Shown: positions 1-7,952 of the stretch, one piece after another | How the letters are laid out: each line of letters starts with the position of its first letter | How positions within the stretch are numbered: position 1 is the first letter of the stretch | Translations under genes and position numbers: made by a program | Virus record (IMG/VR): IMGVR_UViG_3300032288_004964 | Span: 124,001 to 188,000 of that record | DNA length: 64,000 nucleotides | Reading direction: 5' to 3' (one strand) | The notes under the pieces: generated by a model | Told to the model about the DNA's origin: nothing | Seen by the model: the letters and a program-made list of their open reading frames with translations, nothing else | The model's database searches: none

Positions 1-1608
1 GGAGGTACTAGTCTAACAGAAGATCCATATTGGTATTCTGGTCAATCTTTACCTTTAATAATTCATAAAGGTGGTGTTGCTGTAATTGGATATAATTGGT
101 ATTGGTCAGGTGTTGCTGATGCTTATTTTGATAGTGCTGTTGGATCATCAACAATATCATTTTTTGATAGTGCTATTGGATTTAGAACAAGACCTGGATC
201 AGGATCTTTTGTTTATAGTATGTTTGTTTATCCAGGATATGTTGTCTTTTCAGATGCTCTAACTAGTGGTTCAACTAAATCTCCTATGATTAGATCTCAA
301 GGATCTACTTCACATTCTACACAAACAACACCAGATTTTACTTGGTACAACAATGATCAAACTGGTATTTTTAGACCATCAGCTAATGTTATAGCTTTTA
401 CTAATGATGGTTCTGAGTCGGCTAGAATTACAGCAGATGGATCTGTTATTATTGGAACATCTACTGTTACTCCTACTCCTATTCATACACTTACTCTTTC
501 TGAATTACTACTTGGTTATTCTAGTATGTTTCCATCTGTTACTCCAAAATTAAATATTCTTGTTGGTAATTCAATCTCAAATTATGAAGAGCTTATGGTT
601 TTAAGAGGACTTAAAGGTTCTGTTAGTAATACATTAACAAGATTAGGTATTATTATGAAACTTTCTGATGAGTATGATGCTAATGAGTCTAGTAAAATGG
701 GTGGTATGATTTTAGAATCAACACAAGGATACTCTAATTCACCATCATTGTATTTGACTACTGCTAATTCAAAAAGATTGGGTATAGATTATTATGGTAA
801 TGTCCTTATTGGAACAACAACTCCATTTTCATTAGGTACTGGTCAGGATTCTTTATTTACTCTTAATGGTACAGCCAGTGTTACTGCTGTATATCATGGC
901 ACTGGAACTAATAATTGGCCATCTATATCTTTTAAAAATGACCAAAGCACTGGTATTTATTGGGCATCTCCTTATACAATTGGTTTCTCTACTGCTGGCT
1001 CTCAAAGAATGACAATCAGTAATAATGTTGGTATTGGTTTATCAAGTCCTACTTATAAACTTACCGTAAATGGTGTAATACAAGGCAAATCTATTACTTC
1101 AAAAGTAGTTAGTGGGACTACATTAAATGTAGGTGGTAGTTTTTATAATGGTGATGTGCATTTATTATTTGGTCAAGTAAATGGGTCTAATAATTCATTT
1201 ATACAATCTACTTCAGGTGATGTGACTTATAGTGGATCTAATATTGGTACAGCTTCTTACACATTGATGTTAAATCCAGGTGGTGGTGTAGTTCAATACT
1301 TGACTGGTAATCTTGTAGCTATATCAGATTCTCGTGAAAAGAGAGATATAAATTATACATTTAATTATGGCTTAGATGAAGTTAATTTATTAAAACCAGC
1401 CACATTCAAATATCTTAACTCTGATGAATCAGTTATGGGATTTGTTGCTCAAGATATTATGGATATAATTCCTGATTTAATTTCTAAATATAAGATATCA
1501 GAAGATGAGGATAGATTATCATTAAAGGAAACTTCAATTATGCCAATTTTAGTAAAGGCTATACAAGAGTTATCAGATAGAGTTAAATACTTAGAATCTA
1601 ATAATTAA
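1..1608 (+). CDS. Tail fibre/spike protein with C-terminal intramolecular chaperone (peptidase S74); 5' partial
   Basis: Frame 1 is open from base 1. Repeated NVGIG/NVLIGTTTP fibre motifs. C-terminal SDSREKRDI...GFVAQD...LVKAIQEL is typical of the S74 autocleavage chaperone. Confidence 0.85.
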   Translation, partial: GGTSLTEDPYWYSGQSLPLIIHKGGVAVIGYNWYWSGVADAYFDSAVGSSTISFFDSAIGFRTRPGSGSFVYSMFVYPGYVVFSDALTSGSTKSPMIRSQGSTSHSTQTTPDFTWYNNDQTGIFRPSANVIAFTNDGSESARITADGSVIIGTSTVTPTPIHTLTLSELLLGYSSMFPSVTPKLNILVGNSISNYEELMVLRGLKGSVSNTLTRLGIIMKLSDEYDANESSKMGGMILESTQGYSNSPSLYLTTANSKRLGIDYYGNVLIGTTTPFSLGTGQDSLFTLNGTASVTAVYHGTGTNNWPSISFKNDQSTGIYWASPYTIGFSTAGSQRMTISNNVGIGLSSPTYKLTVNGVIQGKSITSKVVSGTTLNVGGSFYNGDVHLLFGQVNGSNNSFIQSTSGDVTYSGSNIGTASYTLMLNPGGGVVQYLTGNLVAISDSREKRDINYTFNYGLDEVNLLKPATFKYLNSDESVMGFVAQDIMDIIPDLISKYKISEDEDRLSLKETSIMPILVKAIQELSDRVKYLESNN

Positions 1609-2283
1609 TTATATCTTCTCAAACCACCAATTAAAGTAGATATAATTATCTCCAACTAAGTTGTAATAGTCAGGTCCATATTTTACTATGATTTTATCAT
1701 TATGAGATCTGATTAACTCAATCTCAATTCCTTTTTCCATTTTTAGTTGTTTACCAGTTTCTGTTGAATAACAAACTACTTCATCATTTAAAAGTTTATA
1801 CATTCCTGGCTCGGGTTTTAACCAAGCTTTAATAGTTTTAATTATTAAGCCTTTTGTTTTAATAATCCATTCTTTAGATTGATATAAGTCAAAATCTTTG
1901 AAAACTTCAGATTTGAACTCTGGATTATTCATAATATTTTTAATAACTCCCCAGTATTCTTCTTCTCCTATTATAAAACTAACATAAACATCATAATTAA
2001 TATTATTAGATTTAGAAATTCTAATAACTTTCATGCTTTTTATATCTTGATCCTCAAGAGCTAATTTACTTCTTAGATTTCTATAAACATTTGTACCAGC
2101 AAGTTGATGTAAAATGTCATTAACTCTAGACATCGCTGCTCTAATACCATCTTGAAACTTGTCAAAGGCATTAAGTGATGACTTTGGATCATCAACATGT
2201 GTAGAAGCTTGAGCAGAATCTGGATTCATTCTTTGAAGGTTAAATTCCGTAAATTCTAAAATTAATTTATTCTTGCGTTTCAT
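1609..2283 (-). CDS. Hypothetical protein
   Basis: 224-aa ORF preceded by an AATATATA box. Confidence 0.7.
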   Translation of the reverse strand: MKRKNKLILEFTEFNLQRMNPDSAQASTHVDDPKSSLNAFDKFQDGIRAAMSRVNDILHQLAGTNVYRNLRSKLALEDQDIKSMKVIRISKSNNINYDVYVSFIIGEEEYWGVIKNIMNNPEFKSEVFKDFDLYQSKEWIIKTKGLIIKTIKAWLKPEPGMYKLLNDEVVCYSTETGKQLKMEKGIEIELIRSHNDKIIVKYGPDYYNLVGDNYIYFNWWFEKI

Positions 2284-2318
2284 AATTAAATATATATATT
2301 AAAATCTATAACTATAAA

Positions 2319-2636
2319 ATGAAAATTAGAAAATTTAATGAAGATGAAGAAGTAAATATTTCATCTGAAAGAGTTGATGAAATACTAAAAGAATTAAAAC
2401 AATTCTCATCACAATTAGGTGAAAATTCAAAAATGATGGAATCTCTTATTAATGAGCTTTCTAATTATAAATCAGATACTACTAAAGGTAATGATCAAAT
2501 AGATGATTCTATTGCATCATCACAATTTGTTAAATCAAATATTGATGATGCTATTGATAAAGTAGATAATGTGATAAATAACCTTATGGATTATAATGAT
2601 AAAGGTAGAAAATATTTATACACAGAAAATAAGTAA
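2319..2636 (+). CDS. Coiled-coil hypothetical protein with CTS-like N-terminus
   Basis: Starts MKIRKFNE; heptad pattern. Confidence 0.7.
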   Translation: MKIRKFNEDEEVNISSERVDEILKELKQFSSQLGENSKMMESLINELSNYKSDTTKGNDQIDDSIASSQFVKSNIDDAIDKVDNVINNLMDYNDKGRKYLYTENK

Positions 2637-2641
2637 TTAAT

Positions 2642-3451
2642 ATGAGATTAAAAGAATCATTAAAAGATTTAATAGTAAATTCCGTTTTATATACAATTAC
2701 TTTAATTAGAAGCCTTTTTGGTAAAATGGAAAAGAGTAACTCTAATATTACTTCTAAAATGGAGTTAATATTTGAGGATAATTTTCAATCATTTAATAAA
2801 GATGTTTGGAGAATTGGTCAACCTTGGGGTAAATTTCATCCAGGTTCTCCTTATCAATATTATGGAGATGAATCTGTTTTTATACAAAATGACTGTTTGG
2901 TATTAAATCAGATATATTCACCTAAACAATTAACTACTTGGGAAGATCCTAAAGTATATGATATACCTTACTCTGTTGGATTGATAACATCATATGAAAG
3001 TTATGGATATGGATTTTATGAATTTGAAGTAGAACTACCTTATGGTTCTGGATTATGGCCAGCAGTTTGGTTAAGTTGTGTTGATTCATGGCCTCCTGAA
3101 ATAGATATTATAGAAGCTTACTCTGATAATAAAGCTAATTATAAGAATAACTTACAATCAAATTTTCATTTCAATATGGAAGACAAAAAGGAGTCTTCTG
3201 GTGCTAGAAATCATCCAGTTAATGTTCCATATGATAAATTGAAATTGGGTTGCTGGTGGACTAAGGATTTCATTAAAATCTACTATAATGGACATCTAGT
3301 TAGACAAATTACATCTGATTATATTTTAAAATGGTTTAGAGATAAGAAAATGTTAATTATATTAAACAATGCTATTAGACCAGAATATACTAAGGATATA
3401 GAATCTCAAATTTCAGAATTTAGGATTTATAGTGTAAAAGTATGGAAGTAA
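2642..3451 (+). CDS. Glycoside hydrolase family 16 (laminarinase/beta-glucanase-like)
   Basis: GLWPAVW and WPPEIDIIE (ExDxxE catalytic motif); FEDNF and YGFYE segments. Confidence 0.85.
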   Translation: MRLKESLKDLIVNSVLYTITLIRSLFGKMEKSNSNITSKMELIFEDNFQSFNKDVWRIGQPWGKFHPGSPYQYYGDESVFIQNDCLVLNQIYSPKQLTTWEDPKVYDIPYSVGLITSYESYGYGFYEFEVELPYGSGLWPAVWLSCVDSWPPEIDIIEAYSDNKANYKNNLQSNFHFNMEDKKESSGARNHPVNVPYDKLKLGCWWTKDFIKIYYNGHLVRQITSDYILKWFRDKKMLIILNNAIRPEYTKDIESQISEFRIYSVKVWK

Positions 3452-3714
3452 TCATTGGAAGAAAATCAGATAGTTTGATTGAACAAGGTTATGTTTATGC
3501 TCCTTATATTCCAATTCAAACATCATCTGTTGTAAATGGATATGATTCTAAAAATACAAATAGAAAAAGAAAGATTAATAAGATATTTGGCTTAGGTTTA
3601 AATATTAAAGATGAATTCTTACCAAGTAAATCAATTACAAGTAGATACTCAACAAAGAATATAAATAGTAAATATTACGGAACTATAGAAATTAAAAACA
3701 CCACTCAAATTTGA
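3442..3714 (+). CDS. Small protein resembling the C-terminal segment of T4-like major capsid protein gp23, with an insertion
   Basis: GRK...EQGYVYAPYIP...F.P...ITSRY...YYG matches the gp23 C-terminal pattern GYKG..E.DAG.YYAPY...F.P....TRY (recalled from memory). Confidence 0.65.
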   Translation: MEVIIGRKSDSLIEQGYVYAPYIPIQTSSVVNGYDSKNTNRKRKINKIFGLGLNIKDEFLPSKSITSRYSTKNINSKYYGTIEIKNTTQI

Positions 3715-3725
3715 ATGGTGTTTTT
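3694..3725. terminator. Bidirectional intrinsic terminator
   Basis: AAAAACACCA-CTCAAATTTGAA-TGGTGTTTTT between convergent genes. Confidence 0.75.
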
Positions 3726-3744
3726 AATTTATTTCATATTTTAA

Positions 3745-4083
3745 TTATCTAATATATCCTGTTTTTTCTTCACCAGTTTTAAAGTTATAACAAGTTATTG
3801 AATCATGACCTGGTACAACAATAACATCACCAAATACAAATGGATTCATTATATCATATTCAAAAATAGCAACTTCAATTTTACCGTCTTTTACAATAAG
3901 TACAAACTCTCTACCTTCTTCATCAAATCCTTCTTTTAATTCAGAACCATCTGGTAATTTACTCAAATTTCTTCCAATTTCTATTTCACCTTCTATTTCA
4001 TCTGCTGTTAATGATCCTACTAATTTGAATCCTAAATCATCACCAGATTCCATGTCTTCGTTAAATTTTCTTAAGTGTTTCAT
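3745..4083 (-). CDS. Hypothetical protein with CTS-like N-terminus
   Basis: Starts MKHLRKFNED. Confidence 0.7.
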   Translation of the reverse strand: MKHLRKFNEDMESGDDLGFKLVGSLTADEIEGEIEIGRNLSKLPDGSELKEGFDEEGREFVLIVKDGKIEVAIFEYDIMNPFVFGDVIVVPGHDSITCYNFKTGEEKTGYIR

Positions 4084-4113
4084 ATTATTTTATTTTTTTT
4101 AAGTATTGAATCT

Positions 4114-4392
4114 TTATTTCAAATCACTAAGACTCATAATCATTTTTTTAGCTTTTTCGGAAAGACCATTTAAATATTGGTCAACATCTTGAATACTATT
4201 CACATCAGGATATCCATTTAAATCCATTTGCAAATTATCAAATGTAAACTCACCACTTAAACCTCCTTTTTTTAATCCATGTGCAAGTCCTCTATAATAA
4301 GCTTGTTCTATTAAATCGGAAATGTTTTTAATAGTTCTTTCTTCAGCTCTTACGAAGTTAATATCTTCATTGAATTTCTTTAAGTGTTTCAT
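4114..4392 (-). CDS. Hypothetical protein with CTS-like N-terminus
   Basis: Starts MKHLKKFNED. Confidence 0.7.
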   Translation of the reverse strand: MKHLKKFNEDINFVRAEERTIKNISDLIEQAYYRGLAHGLKKGGLSGEFTFDNLQMDLNGYPDVNSIQDVDQYLNGLSEKAKKMIMSLSDLK

Positions 4393-4409
4393 AATTTATA
4401 TTTTTTTTA

Positions 4410-4976
4410 CTAGAAATAAGTTTGTTCAAAGTAAAGAACTTCAAATTTATTCTCATGATTTACTAACATTATCGCATTTAATAAGTCAGAATATTCAGCA
4501 ACTGCATCATTTTGAATATTAACATATCCTTGAATAAAATTAAATGTAGCTGGATGAACATTAAGCGATGATTTTTGACCTTCTGAATATTTTCCAAAAA
4601 GACCATATTCCATTTCATAAGCTAAACCAACAATCTCAACTAAATTATTAAATGTTTTTGTAGTTGGAGCTTGTGGTATAACTGGAAGTAAGTTCCATTG
4701 TGTTAAATAATCTTGAAGACCTTTAGCATGTTCTAATTCTGAACTAGCTTCGGCTTCAAAGAAAGAAGCAGCTTTTTTATAGTTCATATTTTTACACCAG
4801 TTAGCAGCGTTTCTATAGAAATAGTGAGCAGTATATTCATCTCCAATTCTATCATTTAGCATTTTTTCAATTGCCTCTGGAAGTACATTAGGTTTAACTA
4901 CACCACCTTCCATTTTTGTTTCTTCTTCTTGTTGAACTTGTGCCTGAGCTTGTGTTCCGAATTTTTTAATTTCCAT
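4410..4976 (-). CDS. Ferritin (non-haem, FtnA-like)
   Basis: LNDRIGDEYTAHYFY...A.FF...ASSELEHA four-helix ferroxidase pattern; Q..AVAE helix. Confidence 0.8.
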   Translation of the reverse strand: MEIKKFGTQAQAQVQQEEETKMEGGVVKPNVLPEAIEKMLNDRIGDEYTAHYFYRNAANWCKNMNYKKAASFFEAEASSELEHAKGLQDYLTQWNLLPVIPQAPTTKTFNNLVEIVGLAYEMEYGLFGKYSEGQKSSLNVHPATFNFIQGYVNIQNDAVAEYSDLLNAIMLVNHENKFEVLYFEQTYF

Positions 4977-4987
4977 GTGTTTGTATT

Positions 4988-5518
4988 TTATTTATTGTAA
5001 GTCAATTTATAAATTGTTCTATAAAGTAAAGCAACAACTTCATCAATTAAATTATGTAGATGTGTGTCTTCTTGTTTAATACAAGTTCTTTCTGTTTTAA
5101 CAAACTCAACAACTTGTTTATAATATTCTAATTTATCAGTTGATTTAGTTTCCTTAGTATCAATTACATCATATTCTTCAATAAGACCGTACTGACCTTG
5201 ATAAGTTTCAACTATTTCATCAATGTGTTCAATTACACCAGTGTAATAAGCTTCTAATGCTAAGTGAGCGGCGTGTGAACCCATATCGCCTTTAACAGTC
5301 CAGTGATAAACTTGAGCCATCTCTCTACTTTCTAATAATTTGGAGATAAACTTAGAAACTGATCCAGCTTCTTTACTTTCTTCTTTTTTATCTTCTGCTT
5401 TCTCTTCCGCTTTTTCTTCAGAACCTTCTGGTAGATTTGCTTTTGGCATACCCGCCATCATATCTTGATCCTCATTTAACTTTTTTAGTGGTGTTTTAAA
5501 ATCTGAAAACTTTTTCAT
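4988..5518 (-). CDS. Dps/ferritin-like four-helix protein (phage type) with CTS-like N-terminus
   Basis: YHWTVKG...HLALEAYY...IDEIVE, a Dps-like HW...H...D...E pattern. Confidence 0.7.
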   Translation of the reverse strand: MKKFSDFKTPLKKLNEDQDMMAGMPKANLPEGSEEKAEEKAEDKKEESKEAGSVSKFISKLLESREMAQVYHWTVKGDMGSHAAHLALEAYYTGVIEHIDEIVETYQGQYGLIEEYDVIDTKETKSTDKLEYYKQVVEFVKTERTCIKQEDTHLHNLIDEVVALLYRTIYKLTYNK

Positions 5519-5562
5519 ATTGTTTATTATTTTTAATAGAGTATATATTATTTATTTAAAAT

Positions 5563-5602
5563 AAAAAATCCTCATAAGTATATATTAAAAACTTATGAGG
5601 AT
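5563..5602 (-). terminator. Intrinsic terminator with a late-promoter-like box in its loop
   Basis: 12-bp stem ATCCTCATAAGT/ACTTATGAGGAT followed by a U-tract on the minus strand. Confidence 0.65.
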
Positions 5603-5623
5603 ATATTTAATTAATGTAAAATA

Positions 5624-6106
5624 TTACATTTTTATTCCATTTAACCACTTATTAACTTGTTTTTCCGCCATATCACATATTTGTTCTTTGGTGAATCCCA
5701 TATGAGCCATTATATCGAATATCATTATTAAACAATCTGTGGATTCTAATAGAATATTATAGTTAATTCTACCTTCATCTTCTGTTGTTCTTTTATATCC
5801 TTTTAATTTAAGAATTTCTGCTGACAGTTCGCCATATTCTTCGCCTAATTTAAGACCTCTTTCAATTAAGCCATGTTTTTCATATTTAGAAGCGTTTATA
5901 ACTAAGTCATAAACATAATCAATTAATGTTTCAGAGATTATTTCTTCTTCTACTGGTTTTGACTTTCTTTCAAACTCTTCTATTAAGATTGTTAAAATTG
6001 AAACTTTATTAGACTCTTCTTTAGATAATTCTACTCCGTGAATAGACTCTAAATACTTTTGAGCCTGTTGATAATCATACTGATTTGTTATTGGTTTTAG
6101 TTCCAT
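5624..6106 (-). CDS. HigA-like N-terminal domain fused to MazG-like NTP pyrophosphohydrolase
   Basis: LKPITNQYDYQQA...ILTILIEEFE (HigA N-domain-like); KLGEEYGEL...ESTD (MazG EExxE...ExxD). Confidence 0.7.
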   Translation of the reverse strand: MELKPITNQYDYQQAQKYLESIHGVELSKEESNKVSILTILIEEFERKSKPVEEEIISETLIDYVYDLVINASKYEKHGLIERGLKLGEEYGELSAEILKLKGYKRTTEDEGRINYNILLESTDCLIMIFDIMAHMGFTKEQICDMAEKQVNKWLNGIKM

Positions 6107-6165
6107 AATTTGAAAATGTGAAAATTAAATTTAATATATACTATGTAAAAAATATAAGATTATAT

Positions 6166-6432
6166 ATGAAATATGTAAAAAAGTTTGAGTCATTTGTTTC
6201 TGAGAAGTTAGTTGCTACTCAACCAGCTCCTTCTAAACCAGAAGTTGCTCCTGATACAATTGAGAAGCCTGCAATGCCAGCTACTCCAACACCTATTAAA
6301 AGAGATAGAACATCTCCAGTTCCTGCTCCAGCAAAAATGGTAAAAGCAACTGCAATGGATGTTGCTGAAAGATTTATAGAACTTGTTAACAAATCAGGAG
6401 ATGATATTAAAAAATATACAGAGATAAAATGA
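6166..6432 (+). CDS. Pro-rich hypothetical protein with CTS-like N-terminus
   Basis: Start moved to ATG 6166 (MKYVKKFESFVSE), downstream of AATATATA at 6133-6140. Confidence 0.7.
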   Translation: MKYVKKFESFVSEKLVATQPAPSKPEVAPDTIEKPAMPATPTPIKRDRTSPVPAPAKMVKATAMDVAERFIELVNKSGDDIKKYTEIK

Positions 6433-7946
6433 AAAGCTTTGAACAATTTTTAAAAGAGGAAATTTCTATTAAAGGAAATAAAGGTATACCTTCTGATAAA
6501 ATTTCAGATATTGAAAGACAAGGTGCTGAAAAAATCAGAGGAGTTAACCCACAACAATTAATGGGTCAGATCATGGGATTTCTTAGACAATCTCAATCAT
6601 TTACAAGAGGTAAAGAAAAAGAATTAGAAAAACTTGCAAAAGAAGTTATTGAAGATGCTTTTGGATTAGTTCTTGCTAATGTGGATTTAGACATAAATAT
6701 GTTAAAAGATGGCAACAAAATTGCTGAATTCGCTAAGAAAGAAGATGAAGAGAAAAAAGAGGAAGAAGCTCAAGAAGAAGAGGAAGAAGAGGAAGAATCT
6801 CAAGAAGAACCTGAAAATGAAATTGACTTAGAAGCTCAACCATCAAGAGAAGAAATAAAATTAGCAGTAGATAAAAGAAAGATAATGAATAACATTATCC
6901 AAGGTGAAGCTAAAAACACAAAACATATTTTACACTCTGATAAATGTAAAGAAGGATTAGAAAGAATATATGGTGCTAAATGGAGAGAAATCTTTGATAT
7001 TTGGGACAATATGTCTAAAATAGCTGATAAGTTAGATTGGATTATTCCTATTCAACATAAAGCTAATATGATGGAAAATGCTCCAGGTGGTATGGCTGGT
7101 TGTGTTAGTTGTAGATTTCCTAAAAAGAAAAAGAAAACAAAAGACGAAGAAAAAACAGCTGAAGATATTATTAAATCATTAGAAGATGGTGAAGATATGA
7201 TGGATAAGCAAGAAGATATCAAAAAACTTTTAGGAGTAACTAAACCTACAATTAAAGCTAGAGGTATTGATTTCCCTATGTTATTACATGAAACTGTTAA
7301 AGGTATATATGAAATGATTGCTGATGTTGCAATGCCTAAGGGTAAGAAATTAGCAACAGAAGTTCACAGACAAACTTCTTCATTTGCTGATGAAGCTGAG
7401 GATTTCAGATATGGTCCTTACTTAGCACAAGATTTAACAGATTTTATTGCAAAGAACTCTAAAGTAGACAAATATCCAAATATTAAAGAATATGTATTCG
7501 GTAAATTAATTGATTCTAGTAGATGGTCTGATGAAGAATGTTTATTAAATCTTAAAAATGTATTTTTAGAAAGTCCTGAGGGTAGACAACTAATTGATAG
7601 CTTAATTGATGAGACTATTGAAGAATTAGATGAGTATAATAAACAAATGGCTGAATGGGAAGCTAAAAATAAAGATTATGAAGATTCTAAAAAGAATGAG
7701 CCAAGTATTGAAGAAGTTCCAGAGTGGTGGAAAGAAGAAGGTGATAAATCTGAAGAATCTGAAGAAGTAGATTATTCTAAAATGTCTCAAAGAGAAATTC
7801 AATCAATGATTGATGATGCTTTAGATTCCGGAGATTTTGAAGTAGTTAAAAAACTAAGTCAATATCTTAAAGAAGGAAAAGAAATCTATTTGAAAGAAAT
7901 AGAAAGAATTAATGAAAGTCATAAATTTCATACAAGAATAAAATAA
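6429..7946 (+). CDS. Acidic hypothetical protein with CTS-like N-terminus (candidate internal head protein)
   Basis: Starts MKSFEQFLKEE; poly-Glu tracts; contains LLHETVKG. Confidence 0.75.
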   Translation: MKSFEQFLKEEISIKGNKGIPSDKISDIERQGAEKIRGVNPQQLMGQIMGFLRQSQSFTRGKEKELEKLAKEVIEDAFGLVLANVDLDINMLKDGNKIAEFAKKEDEEKKEEEAQEEEEEEEESQEEPENEIDLEAQPSREEIKLAVDKRKIMNNIIQGEAKNTKHILHSDKCKEGLERIYGAKWREIFDIWDNMSKIADKLDWIIPIQHKANMMENAPGGMAGCVSCRFPKKKKKTKDEEKTAEDIIKSLEDGEDMMDKQEDIKKLLGVTKPTIKARGIDFPMLLHETVKGIYEMIADVAMPKGKKLATEVHRQTSSFADEAEDFRYGPYLAQDLTDFIAKNSKVDKYPNIKEYVFGKLIDSSRWSDEECLLNLKNVFLESPEGRQLIDSLIDETIEELDEYNKQMAEWEAKNKDYEDSKKNEPSIEEVPEWWKEEGDKSEESEEVDYSKMSQREIQSMIDDALDSGDFEVVKKLSQYLKEGKEIYLKEIERINESHKFHTRIK

Positions 7947-7952
7947 AAATAT

